Below are positions 38,320 to 53,576 of a stretch of 64,000 nucleotides of DNA, piece after piece. Source of the DNA: the human T2T-CHM13v2.0 reference genome, Homo sapiens; NCBI RefSeq assembly GCF_009914755.1, contig NC_060937.1. The stretch is one strand, 5' to 3'. The notes below the pieces were generated by a model. The model did no database searches. It was not told the origin of the DNA and saw only the letters and a list, made by a program, of their open reading frames with translations. The stretch's first letter is position 1. Every line of letters begins with the position of its first letter. Position numbers and translations under genes: made by a program.

Positions 38320-38511
38320 ATGGCAGGGGCCGGAGGCCAGCACCACCCTCCGGGCGCCGCTGGAGGAGCGGCCGCCGGAGCCGGCGCCGCGGTCACCTCC
38401 GCCGCTGCCTCGGCGGGGCCGGGAGAGGATTCGTCTGACAGCGAAGCGGAGCAAGAGGGACCCCAGAAACTGATCCGCAAAGTGTCTACCTCGGGGCAGA
38501 TCCGGACCAAG
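38320..38511 (+). CDS. DGKH: Diacylglycerol kinase eta, first coding exon (64 codons, phase-0 donor); gene continues beyond the window
   Basis: Translates [64 protein letters not shown], recognised as the DGK-eta N-terminus. Kozak AGGATGG; donor AAG|GTAGGG at 38511/38512; lies in a CpG island. Confidence 0.95.
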
Positions 38512-38598
38512 GTAGGGCGGAGGAGGCGGGCCTGAGGGCCGCGTGGAAAGCGGGAGGTGGAGAGGGCGCGGGGGCGCTGGAACGCGCCGGGCGATCCC

Positions 38599-38637
38599 GG
38601 GAAGGCGGGGAAGGCGGGGAAGGCGGGGAAGGCGGGG
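38599..38637 (+). repeat. 9-bp tandem repeat (GGGGAAGGC) x~4
   Basis: Directly visible ~90 nt downstream of the exon 1 donor. Confidence 0.95.
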
Positions 38638-39652
38638 ATGGTGAGACGGTGAGGCGGGGCGGGGCCTGGGGCGCGGGCGGGGCGGGGAGGGGTGGGGCGG
38701 GGCCCGGGGGCGCTGGACCGCGGTGCTGCGGGACGGATTCCCGGCGGCTGCGCGGGAGGCTGCGAGCCTGGGCTCCCAGGGAGTTCGACTGGCAGAGGCG
38801 GGTGCAGGGAACCCGCGGCTCGGCGGGAGCGTGGGAAAAAGCTGACGCGCAGTCGCGAGTTCCTACTTAGGGAACTTAAAAGGAGAGTTTCAATTTTTCT
38901 TCCCTGCCGTTCGGGGGAGCGTGCGCATGTGCTGGCCAACCAGCCTGCGCTGCAGTGAGCCCTGCTGCTTTCCCACTTAGGCCCACTCAGAGGGTGGGTG
39001 GAAGGTGACACCGGTCAGCCTTTCCTGCCCCTCTGCCTCCTGCTGCGGTCTGGAAGGCAGAAGCCCCGAGGCAGGCAAGTGGGACATGGTGTTCGCGGCT
39101 TAACCGCACCCTGCATGGCTCCAAGGGCTGGCCAGGCTTTCGTGTCGCAGGTTCCCGCCAAGTGCAGGCAGGGTTCAGAACCATGCGTCCATGGTTCTTT
39201 TTAATAATGAGAAGTTACCTCTGTGCTGTGTGGACATTAGGATGGTGTGTTACTCTTGTTAATGAAGCTTGTGCTGTCGACCTGTGAGGTCTCAAAGTTA
39301 ATTTTTAATTTGATCATGAACATACCAAAGCAAATGCTTATGGATATTAAAGGATTTTTATGTATTCTAATTTTCATTGTAATTTAAAAATCTTCACAGA
39401 GAGAGTCTGTTATCAGTAGGGAAATTTAACGAGGATATTGAAAACGGAACCACAAAATCATTGGCTTGGGGTACCGTTTTTAAAAATAAATTTGCAAAAA
39501 ATTCATTCTACAGTTATTTTTATGAAAAATTTTCCCTAAGGTCAATGAACTCCTATTTGGAAACATAATTTTTATTCAGTGCCTGTGGAGGCCGGTAACG
39601 GTGGCTCATGCCTGTAATCCCAGCACTTTGGGAGGCCAAGGCAGGCAGATCA

Positions 39653-39871
<219 letters not shown>

Positions 39872-41124
39872 TTAATGTTTGTAGTAGCCTGCCTCCTTAT
39901 TTTCTGAAATACATATGTGTAAGAACAACACACAAGAACAACTGTTGACAAGATGCACTTACTAAAGAGTTAGGGATTCAGTCACTTTAGTTAAGAGTAC
40001 ATCTTGTAACTCCTTTTAATAGTGACGTTTTTGAGTTTGTAGTAAATTAAGAATATGGCATTTAATGTGTTTTTTAAGATTAAGGCTTTTACAAAGTTAG
40101 GGACTTTCCTAAAAGTGTTTTTAATATTTCAAATCTTAATTCTGAAAAAAGTTCATAAACTGTGTTAATGATGGGCAAAATGGCAGGTAAAAAAAAAAAT
40201 TGTATAGGGGCCGGGCATGGTGGCTCACGCCTGTAATCCCTGCACTTTGGGAGAACAAGGTACCTGAGGATCACTTGAGCCCAGGAGTTCAAGGCTGCAG
40301 TGAACTGAGATCTTGCCATTGCACTCCAACCTGGGCAATGAAGCGAGACTCTGTCTCTTAAACAAACAAGCAAACAAACAAACAAACGTGTATGTTACAT
40401 ATTTATATGAAATGGTCAAAATTCCATGCATACTTATATCAGGATTAACCAGTAGATTTATACTGTTCGAAAGAAAACTGAGAGATGGCTCTAAATTGAA
40501 TTGAATCATGTCAAACAACAAATTTGTTGGGAGTACCACTGTATTTTATAGGTTTCATGCGCTCGTTGTAATAGCTAAGATTATATGCTTATGGAGACTA
40601 CAAGTAAATTTAAAAAGCACATTATTTGTGATTTTCTATCTGACTTTCTAATAAAAACATTTAGCACATACATTTTGCCATGAGAGATCATTTTTGACTA
40701 TGAAATCAAATATTGCTTGAATTTCAAAAGTGTATTGAATGTCAGAAATTCAGCATTTTACAATTTCTCCTATGTTAGAGTGCATGTAAGTTCATCAACA
40801 TTTTCATATATGAACACTTGAGATCAGGGTATAAGATTCTGAGACCAGTGAGCTTCAACCTCATACCCCGCCTCCTGCAACTGGACTGTTCATGTATGTC
40901 ACAGACTTCATTATTTACGTCTTTTATCACATATACTGATTCTTGGGGAAGAAAGTGAGAGCAATAGGGGGAATTTATAGAATGAGAACTACTAAATTTA
41001 ACGTTGGTTCCCAGTCTTCAATTATGATTCAGATGAGAATTAAGGAAGGATCTTTAGAAAAAGACAAATACTTTCTGTGTCTCCGCAGAGGTGTGTAAGA
41101 TGGGAGCACCTGGAGGAGAGGTAG

Positions 41125-41475
<351 letters not shown>

Positions 41476-42852
41476 TAAGACAGCACAAGCAGTTCTTGCT
41501 CATCTATCCTGCTTTGTCAGTAGGTCAAAACTGGTCAAATATGGAATGCTTCATATGGTTCAATCTAATATGTCATCATTTAACCAGTTTTTTGCAGAAG
41601 TAAATATGGGTTGTTTTAGGACAATGCACTAATCTCAGCTTTTTCATAGTGGATTTGATGGTTTTTAAGTAAAGAATGGAACTGGTATGCTTTTGAAATC
41701 AGTGTGGCTTAATAAAATCCTCATGTGTATTTTAGCACCCTCATCATAACTCCATACAGTATACTTTTTGTTCCCCTTTTCATTTTCCATTTATTCCTGG
41801 TTTCTTTGTATGTCTATGCTGTCCTCTCTACTATTTTCCTCTTCCTCTGTTTTGAACTTTTTCCTTTCTCTGAATAACCTAAGTGGAATTTCAGGTGGTC
41901 TCATCTAGCCACTCAGGTGCTAAACACTAAATGATTTTATGCCTGCCTTTATTTCCCAAAGACAAAAAGTCACTTATGTACAAAAGTGAAAGTGGTGCTG
42001 ATGCAGGAAAGCCAAAATGGAGTCCTAACACTTGTCATATCTCTTCCCCCTCTTTACCTTCTTGAGTTTTTGGATTTGCATTCAGACATACTGTTGTAGA
42101 GAATTTCACAGGTATTTACTGAGAATAAGATATTTTTGAAACAACGCTAATACAGATTCAGACAAATTGGGTTTTGAGGATGAATGTGAAAGAAGCTTTG
42201 TGTGTTTTTTGTTGGCCCATGAATACTGCAACCTTTCATTTTATGGGAATGGCTGGAAGAAACTTGGTCAGGCTTACAGCCTAGGATTGTTCAACAATCA
42301 TAAACCAAACAGTATAAACAAATGGGAACCATCTCAATGACTTTTTCTGCCTTTGGGTCATCTCGGCTAAGGTTGTGAAGCTGCATGTGTCAAAAATACT
42401 CCTGATGAGGTTTATTGTGTTCTCATTTATTTTTTATTTTTTGACATTTATATGTCTTCTTACAGCTAATGGCCACAAATGAGTCTCTAAATTTAAGTAA
42501 AACATACCTAAACACTAAAAAGATATTCAGAATTTTGCATCAACATTTTATCTAGGCTGAGGGCGGTGGCTTATGCCTATAATCCTACCACTTTGAGAGG
42601 CCAAGGTAGGACAATCAGTTGAACCCAAGAATTCAAGACTAGCTTGGGCAACAGTGAGACTCCATCTCAAAGAAAAAAACAAACCCAAAAGAAGACCAAA
42701 AAACACACCAGTATTCTATCTGGATTAAGATATATTTTTGGTGCAGCAAACCACCATGGCACATGTATACCTATGTAACAAACCTGCAGGTTCTGCACAT
42801 GTAACCCAGAATTTAAAGTAAAATAAAAAAAAAATCTTACTACTACTACTAA

Positions 42853-43321
<469 letters not shown>

Positions 43322-43953
43322 TGATCTCTTGACCTTGTGATCCACCTGCCTTGGCCTCCCAAAGTGCTGGGATTACAGGCGTGAGCCACCACGCCTGGCC
43401 AAAAACATGTATTTTTAAGCCCAGTAAGGATAATGATCACATTCTTCAATTGATATCTTGGTTTTAATTTAATATGAAGGATGTATAAGTAAACTCTTGT
43501 TCCTTTATGGTAAGGCAGTATATGAAAATATTGATTTGCATTTTTCACTGCCTTACAAAGTACAATTTGTGCCATTAAAACATTATCTTTCATCACAAAG
43601 CCTAGGTGAAGTATGCTGGGGAAGCCTTGCTCTGTGTTTTTGAAATTGTAGGTGGCAGCCCATTACTGGGTCATATGGTTCATGGCCAGCATTTAAAAGA
43701 GAAACAGAATAAATTAGGAAATATTATTTAAAACTTTTAGCTAGAGTTCTGTGTGGAAACATGGGAATCATAATGATCCAAATAGATGGGAAACAGAAAC
43801 ATGGCCAGAAGAATATTAGGAAATGAGAGTAAAGTGATACTGACAGCCTTATTGCTCTGAAACTCAATATGAAATGAGAAGCAAGTAGGAACTTTTACAT
43901 TTTGATAGGTGATGAGCAGAAAGATATCTCAAGCAATTAACACACATCCAGGT

Positions 43954-44646
43954 CAGAAGTTGGCTAACTTTTCCCATAAAGGGCCAGATAGTAAATAGTT
44001 TAAATTCTGTGGGCCATAAGGTGTCTGCTGAAATTATTTAACTCAGAGAATGGAGGTTACTAAGAAGGGGAGGGTGCTGGGGAGAACTGGATAACTCCAG
44101 AATAATTCTGAGAATAAGTTCTTATTCTGGAGAATAGAATAAATTCTTTTGTACAGTAAGGTGACTGTAGTAATAATAAAGCATTGTATACTTGAAAATT
44201 GCTAAGAGTAGATCTTAAATGTTCTCACCCACAAAAAATTAAGTATGTGAGGTGATGGATATATTAATTCGCTTGATTTAATCATTTCACAATGAATACA
44301 TACATGAAAAATCACTCCATGTACCAGAAATATGTACAATTTTTATTTGTCAATTATACCTTAGTAAAGAAAAAGAAAAAAAATTACTCTACTTTGTCAT
44401 TGTAGCATAAAACAGCCATAGACAATACTTTAAGTGTTGCTGTGTTCCAACAAAACTTTATTTAAGGACACTGAAATTTGAATTTCATGTAATTTTCATG
44501 TGCTAAGAAATATTATTATTCCTCTTTTTAAGAAATCAGTTTGAACATGTGAAAACCTTCTTAGCTCGTCGACTATATAAAATCAGGCGGCCGGCAGGAT
44601 ATGGCCCATGGATATAGTCTGTGGGCTGTAGTTTGCTGGCACCTAT
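43954..44646 (+). mobile_element. MER58-like hAT MITE with a nested L1M 3' fragment (~44045-44385)
   Basis: AAAGGGCCAGATAGTAAATAGTTTA ... AACAGCCATAGACAATA ... GGGCTGTAGTTTGCT; L1 tail in between. Confidence 0.7.
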
Positions 44647-47600
44647 GTTAGAAAATGGAAGGTAGTATAGTTAGGTTTGCCAAGCATTGCAAAGTTAAGG
44701 TGCTGTTAAATATGATCCACATTTAAGGGACCAAATAAAGCTAGATTTCAGTCCATTTAAAAAATCTAATCTTTGTAGAACATTTTATTTTTAGCTTGGT
44801 TTGCGTCTTTGCTTCCATTTTAATGTGAACTAAATATAGACTGGAAATTCTGACTCTCAGTACAGTAATATATGGTATAACACCTTTCTTTCCATTTTGA
44901 TTACAAGTTAAACATGATATCCCATTATTAAAGATAAGAGACATAATAAATAATTTACTAAACCTTTACATATAACTTAACGATGCCGTATTTTAAAGTA
45001 TCTAAATTTAGAACTCTTTCACTTAGTTTAAGTTTGCTTGTTTGCTGTTGTGGTAAAGAGGCAAAAGGTTATATGAAACTACCAGTATAAAGGACGTGGG
45101 GCCCCGTTCTGTTTCCAGGGTACAGTGTTTTTCACTCATATTGGATTTGTTAGGCTTTACTTACTCAGGAAATGTGTTTATAAGCAAAGGTTTTAATTAA
45201 AGAGAGTTTGTTTTACATCTAAGAATAGACCTTTGAAAAAGGCCATAACATGTTAGTACATTACAGTTTCCCTTGGCAAATTTGTTTGGTTTTGTTGGAT
45301 ATTGAGTATTTTACTCTATGACTATTTAGTCACTGGAAACACATTTGTAGCTGGGCACCATGGCTCATGCCTGTAGTCCCAGCAATTTGGGAGGCTGAGC
45401 TGGTAAGGTTGCTTAATGCCAAGAGTCTGAGACAAACTTTAGCAAAACAAGGAGACCCCATCTCTATAAAACATTAAAAAATAAGAAAGTTAGCTGGGCG
45501 TGGTGGCACCTGTGGTCCCAGCTACTTGGAACCACTGCTCTCCAGCCTGGGTGACAGAGCAAGACCTTGCCTCTAAAACAAAAGAAATAAAGAAACATTT
45601 GTATTTTTGAGTTGGTTAAATGATTTTAAAGTGGTCAACAGCTATTGGTGATAGTATTAAATTAGGAGTTAATGTGCATCATTCCTATTTTATATAGTTC
45701 CTTATTTTTTTTTCAAATGATCATATATGGTAATAATTCTCTCCCTCCTGCTTTTTGTTATGAGGCTATTTGGGAGACTGTTAGGCTTCTGTTTTATATG
45801 AGGAAGTACGGTTAACTTTGTCATGTGTAGGGCTGGAATCTCTGACCTTCTCACTGTGTCATTTGAGTATCAGCACTTTTTCAGACCACCAGAATGTAAT
45901 TTAGCATAATAGATCTTTTTAAATACAAGCTTGGTGCATTTAATTCAGAAATTTAGAAATACTTTTCTATTTAGCATTTTATTGGTTACAGAGCAGTTTT
46001 CTATACATGATCTTATGGAACAGTTGTGTACAGTTACCTAAATTTTATAAATGATTATACAAAAGTTTGAATATCTGCTGAGTAACGGACAAAGCTGGAA
46101 CTCAAAAGCAGTTCCTTCTGATGATTGTACCCATATCCCTTTCACAGTGGATTAAAATGGGTGGGTTCCAGATGCCTTGCTTTCGGTAGCCCTGTAGCTT
46201 CTTGGGCAGTGAAACTTTAATCTACAGCATGCAATCATGTGTGTGTGCAGGCAGGCAGGCTCCTTACTTCTCTTGGCCTCTCTCTCCTTCTCCTTCCCTT
46301 CGCTCTTTTCTCTCTCCCTTAGATTCCTCTTTTCCTCTCCCTTATTTCCCCCTTCTTCCTGCTCCTGCCTTTATTCGTTTGTTTAATCCATGAGCATATC
46401 TCTCATCAATGTTTTAGGTTTCATCATGCCGTTTTGCATTTGGATCCTACGTTTTTAGGGACAGATATATGACTGCACATTTGAAAAGTAAATTTTGAAA
46501 TAAAAAATTCCAGCTGAAATTTATATTCATTTGAATTAAACTTAACAAAAATTATTGAGACTTTTTAACGTACTTTTAAAAGGATTATTTTAGAAAAAAA
46601 TGCTTCTAGGTACCTAACTCTTCAAATAGGTTTTCAAAGAAAACTGTTAGTTTCACTTCTATAAGGTAAGATGCCATTTTTGAAAGGTCATGGTATAGTG
46701 TTAAAAAGAATCATGTGAAGTAATTTTCCACATGGCCTATTAAAACATATTTGAGGAAAAAATATGAGTAAAATTTATTTTTACCTAGCTAGAGAATGAA
46801 AACGACAGGAATTTTTTGGCCTACTTTTCTCCACCTCACTATTTTATGTAGGTAAGAAAAAGTGCAAGAGTTTTATCTGAGCAGGCACGGTGATTTGAGT
46901 TGTATTGTTCCTCGACACTCTTGTAGTACTTTAAAATTATGTGATATTATAATATTTGATATTTATAAGAATATATAATATCTCTGTAGTTTGTGAAGCA
47001 CAGTGGTAAAATGAACACCCGTGAATCCAGCTTCAGAATGGGAACATTTTCAATATCATGCATCTTCCTGTGTGCTCCTTCTCAGTTTACTCCTTTGTTG
47101 CTCCTCAATTCATGCATTCAAAGAAATATCTATGGTGTTCCAAGTACTGCTGTAGGTACCAGGGATAGAGCAGTAAGCAAAAATATACAAAAACCTCTGC
47201 CCTCATGGAACTCACATTTTAATGCAAGGAGAATTTATGAACTTGTAAATACTTGAAACGCATAGTATATGAGAAGGTGATAAGTGCTATAGAGAGAAAT
47301 AGAGCATGGCTGTGAGTGGAGGTGGAGTGGGAAGGGATTTTTAGGCAATGAGCCATGTGGACCTCTGGGTGAAGAGCAGGCTAAGTAGAAGGAACAGCAG
47401 CTGCAAAGAGGGAGGTCAGTGGGGCTGAAGGGGGTTGGGGGGAACCAAGTAGAAAGTTGAAAGTGAGTTAACAGTGTCCAAAGTAAGGTACTATAGAGAA
47501 AAGTTCTTAGCCTGGGTTCATGCATCCCTGGTTTTGTTGGGTTTTAGAGGGCTCTCCACCAAAGTTTATGTCTATGTGTATGCCCCTCAGAAGGTTAAAA

Positions 47601-47667
47601 CCACTGATTTGTGAAAGGGAACTGCAGGTCAGAAAATAGAGATAGGTGAAAAAAATACATATATATG

Positions 47668-47874
47668 TAGTAAGTCCTCACTTAACATCGTTGATAGATT
47701 CATGGAAACTGACTTTTAAGTGAAATGACATATAACAAAACCAATTTTCTTTCTCATTGATGTTATAATGAAATGATGCATGAAAAAGTGTTATTCTAGG
47801 ACCTACTGTACATCATTTCACTTAACATCACAGTTTCTGAGAACCTATTGATGTTGTTAAGTGAGGACTTACTG
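47668..47874. mobile_element. Tigger-type MITE with terminal inverted repeats
   Basis: AGTAAGTCCTCACTTAACA ... TGTTAAGTGAGGACTTACT inverted repeats. Confidence 0.8.
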
Positions 47875-48637
47875 AATACACAATATAATTCCACAGTAAT
47901 ATTGAACTCTTGAATATAAACCAGCTGTTGTCATTTTCATTTGGAGAAATGTTAAATTTGCTGGTGGGTTCAATGAAATGGAGTGAGCCAGCGGCATAGA
48001 ATAGCAAGGTTCCTGGAGAAGTTAGATAGTGTTGGGTTTGATTCTCAGCTTGTCATGTACTATATTATATTAGATGACCTCAGACATGTTACTTAAGGGG
48101 GCAGAGAATGCTGTGCCCACTGATAACTGTGTTTTTCTATTCTTCTTGGCCCACCATTAGACTTCCTTTTCCCCTTGCAGATAGATGGAGCTATGTAACT
48201 GACTTCTGGCCAGTGAAATACAGGTGAGAGTGATGTCTGTCACTTGGCCTCTCAAGCTGTGGGACTCTCCATGCCTTATGTTTTCCCTCACCTGCCAGGT
48301 AGATACAGATTATCCAGTGGAAGCAGCCTGGATCCCTGAATGACTTCATGGAGCAGAGCCCTTTGTGCTCCTCCCTGAATCCCATTAGCCACATTGGATT
48401 TTGACATGAGGGGGAAATAGAGCTTTATTGTGTTAAGTCCCTGAGATTTGGGCATTGTTTGCTATAGCAGTTAGCATACCCTGAGCAATACACATCATCA
48501 CTCTGAATTGAGGATTTCTCCATTTCCAAATTGGACGTAGTATTCCTACCTTGTAAGGTAGTAATGGTGATTAAATAAATATAAAATATGTTTTTGTATC
48601 TGTAATTATTATAATTATTTTAAAAAATTGGTATTAA

Positions 48638-49043
<406 letters not shown>

Positions 49044-49512
49044 TGAAAAAATATTTTAATAAGAATGAATGACCACTTGGAGGTGGTAGTGGAAATAATT
49101 GGCCAGGTTGGCTTTTAGGTGCTTCTATGGCCTGTTCTATTTAATCTTGAAATATCTTTCTAAGAGCCTTCTTATCTGCCCTTCTTCAGCTTCTATTTAC
49201 TCTTCATTCTACTGCAGCTATTTCATGAAACTTCTTTTGCAAAGGCCCTTAGTAATTTTAATTGCTAAAATCGAGTGGTCTCTAGTTTTCAGTCAACTGC
49301 TTCTTGCCAGTTTGGATGCTATTGACCACATCTTCTCACATCTTCTCTTCTTTTGCTTTCAAAGTTTAAGTTCTCTCTCTTTTTTCTTTTTTTTTTTTTT
49401 ATATATATAGAGTCTCACTCTGTCATTCAGGCTGGAGTACAGTGGCACAATCTTGGCTCACTGCAAACTCCGCCTACCAGGTTTAAGTGATTCTCCTGCT
49501 TCAGCATTTTGA

Positions 49513-49737
<225 letters not shown>

Positions 49738-50391
49738 TGATTCCTTTATCTATTGTCAAATGTTTTTGTTTCCTAGAAGTCTTAATTCTGTTTGCCCCTT
49801 CCTAAGTTAATGTGATTAATTAGATTAGGCTTTGACCACCACCTCTATCGGTCTTTTTCTAGCCTGTACTTCTGAGATCTGGGCCTCTAGTTCCTTTGCC
49901 TACCAGACATTTCCTGTAGGGGGTCCCCTAGCCATCTCAGTCTCCGTATTCTCAAACTGAACATATTTGTGCAGTCTACTCATTCCCGGCCAAATTTTGC
50001 TCCACAGCTTTTATGTCCTGTAGAATAAATTGCCTCGTATAGAAGGGATTGACTTTTTGTCTTGCTAATCACTATCATTAATTCATTTGCTTTCATCAAA
50101 TACCCATTTAGTGCCTGCTATGGCCAGGCATAGTGTTAGGTGCTGGTGATTTAGAAGTGTATGAAAGAGACACATCCCCACCCACAAGGACCTCACTCAT
50201 AGTCAGTGGTCACCAAATTTGTTCATTTCTGTATATCTTAGATCTTATTTAATCCTCATAGTAAAACTATGAGGTAGGTAAGTACAATTATTCTCTCCTT
50301 TTTAGAAATAAGAAAACCAAAGATTAGATAAGTAACATGCCCCAGGTCACACATGTCAAGTGACTTGTTTGATGCCTGATTTAACTGTTTT

Positions 50392-50975
50392 TGAAGTGGC
50401 TATGTTGTCTGGGGTATATACCCTGGGGTTCATTGTCACACTCCAGGAAAACTTAGGACATGGACACACAGGAGGAGTTTAGGAGCGGCGGTTTAATAGG
50501 TAGAATAAAAGAGAAAGGGAAACAACTTCCTCCATAGAGGAAGGGGTCTCCGAGCAGAAAGGACTGGCTGATGGCAAATGCACTGAGTTTTATAGTCCCG
50601 TTTGAGGAGGCGGTGTCTGATTTACATAGGGCTCACAGATTGGTTCAATCAGGTATGATGTTTATATAGCACGTGTGGAAGGCTGGTTGCCCCACCCTAA
50701 TCTTCTTATGCAACTGGGCTTTCCCGTTGATCTGCGCCATCTTGTCTGCTCCTTACAATACACGTAGCTGGCAGAGAAGGGAAGATGGAACTGCCATCTT
50801 GAAAATGTCTAGTCCTTAGTTCCTGCAGGCATTCACCTATGCAAGCTCCCAGCTTGTAGGCCGCTCTTTGTTAGAAAATGATTTGGGGCTGCTTTTTATT
50901 AAAAAGAAAAGCCTTACCGAGGACTCCCATACTCTTGCTATCTGTCTAAGTAATTTCTTCTTAACTCCTATATCA
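50392..50975 (-). mobile_element. ERV1-class solo LTR (LTR9-like)
   Basis: Minus strand begins TGATATAGGAGTTAAGAAGAAATTACTTAG and ends CCCCAGACAACATAGCCACTTCA; CCAAT and TATA-like elements inside. Confidence 0.75.
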
Positions 50976-51456
50976 TTATGATATACTGTCCCTTTGCTGC
51001 ATGAATCTCTCATGAATTCATTTCTCCCTTTCCATTTGCTGCTTACCCTAACTTCATTTAACCTTTATTATCTGTCATTTGGATTTTTGCCATATATTTC
51101 CTCTCTTCTCCATTCTCTACTCCAGTGCCAGAGTTATCTTTGTAAAAGAGAAATATGATACATAATACATTTTGCATAAGCTCTTAGACTTTGCCCATTA
51201 CTGGTGGGATAAAGTCTAAATTAGTCTTTTCTAATTTGATACTAAATGACCTTTCTATTCATTCAACCAATTTTTATTGAGTTCTATTCTAGGTGCTGAG
51301 ATGGTAAAAGAACATAAAAGCCCTGCTGTTATAGAGCTTATAGTCTATCAAGGGAGAAGTTAATTAACGTATACACAGACACAGTTCTATCATATAGCTG
51401 GTGTTCATAAGCATAATGAAGGAAGATAAAGCAGGGTAAAGGGAGAAAGATGGAGA

Positions 51457-51490
51457 GTGTGTGTGTGGGTGTGTGTGTGTGTGTGTGTGT
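51457..51490. repeat. (GT)n microsatellite, interrupted
   Basis: Directly visible. Confidence 0.9.
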
Positions 51491-53258
51491 AAAATATTTG
51501 GGTTCAATTGACCAGGATAGACTCTCTTTGATAAGGTAATATTTGAACAGAGATCTTAGTGAAGTGACAGAAGCTATGTATGCAGATATCTGGGCTCCAA
51601 GCACCCTAGGCAGAGCCAATGCCATGGTATTCCAGTTGTGTTTTCTGTCACTGTCATCCTCTGTACAGTCATGCAAACTCTTCTGTTTCCAAAGTAAGGC
51701 AGGCATTTTCATCCATCCAAGTGTTACAGGTATCTCCCTTTTCCTATTTCTCTGTTTGACTTTTTATTTATATACCATTATTTCCACACATTTTTCAAAA
51801 TATTCAAAATGGTTTATATTCCACACTGTGTATTAAGCTTAGGTAAAATAGGGCTAGAGGACTATGAGATTAGGAAGAAGGTTAGAAGGCTAATATATAG
51901 AGTGAGGTGTCTTGCACAGCTAGAGATGAGTTGTAAATTTGATCCCGGGTAGCCAGAGCAGCAAGACCAGTTATAAAGTCGTATTACCAGCGGGAAAAAA
52001 GCCCTCTAGATTTTAAGGGGGAAAAGCTTTTCTAGCTTTCCTTGGGGGAACCAAAGAAATATGTTCTATCAGTCTTTGATGTGGGTGGGAGTGAGGTCTG
52101 CAATATGTTCCCCTCACCTACATCCACTTGGGAGGTGTCCTTATGATGTCCTCCCTTGTGAGGTCAGGACATAATCCAGACTTCAACTTTGTGTGACAGT
52201 AGTTCTGTAGGAGATGTAATTAAGGCAGTTTTAGTTACGGCCAACTTCAGGCATAAAATCCAAATTATTTTTGAAGATTGAATAAATGGCATGTACTTGA
52301 AACAGTTCTCGGGTTAAACCAGGTATCTGCTGAAATACTTTCAAAGTGTAGAATCTCAGGTTATCTGCGTTTTTATTTATCTGTTCACTTGTAGTTGATA
52401 CAAGGGGATGGAGTGATATGTTCTTAGCTATTATGGGAAGAAAAATCTGGTATTTCTTGGTGGCTCTCATAAAAACTGGTAAAATGATTCTACATTCAGG
52501 TTTAAAAAATGTTCTTTGGAGCTTTATGAGTGCATTGCAGAATATTAAAAGCTGTGTGTATTTTAGGATTATTGTGAAAATAGTGTTGACTTCATGGACC
52601 TTTGAAAAAGGTCTTGGGAACACTTGAAAATCCTGCTAGGGCAATGTATCTGGACCTATTTTTTTTTTTGAAGAGAGTGCCATGAGGATATCTGGAGGAA
52701 GAGCAGAGCAAGCTGAAAGAACAGCAAATGCAAAGGTTTTGAGGAAGAGACACACCTGACACATTCCAGGGATGAGCATTCCCGAACAGCTGACACATTC
52801 CAGCTGGTGGGAAGGGAGTGAGGGGAAAGTGAGTAGCAGGAAAAAAAGTCAGACATCAGGGGAGCAGTAGAGAGGTTGCTGTGACAATTTCCTTGACAGT
52901 TTAGCACAGTGGTTAGCACATAATTAGCACTTAATAGATGCTAGTTACCATATTAATATTAAAAGAATACTATTGCCGATCCATTAGCAAGTTTGATCTT
53001 TAAAATCAGCATCTAAAACAAACCCTTTAAACGAGAGGAGGGAAAAAATGAAGCAGTGGCTGGAGAGGGATGCTGGGGTCAAGCTACAGCTTTTTTAAAA
53101 AAGTGAAATGACTTTTTTAGGAGAAAGACTGTGGGCTGGCCGGATGTGGTGGCTCACGCCTGTCATCCCAGCGCTTTGGGAAGCTGAGGCGGGTGGGTCA
53201 CCTGAGGTCAGGAGTTCGAGACCAGCCTGACCAACATGGAGAAACCCCGTCTCTATTA

Positions 53259-53576
<318 letters not shown>

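Larger units (their letters stand above)
37100..39180. promoter_or_regulatory. DGKH: CpG island; proximal DGKH promoter and exon 1 region
   Basis: Dense CpG. Overlapping ETS (CGGAAG) and YY1 (AAGATGGCGGC) motifs at 38200-38213, GGGGCGGGG GC boxes near 38656-38702, NRF1-like TGCGCATGTGC at 38922-38932. Confidence 0.9.

Noticed and set aside
37725-39011. 428-aa minus-strand ORF antisense to DGKH exon 1
   Set aside because: Low-complexity Pro/Ala/Arg/Gly sequence expected from stop-poor CpG-island DNA; no recognisable domain.
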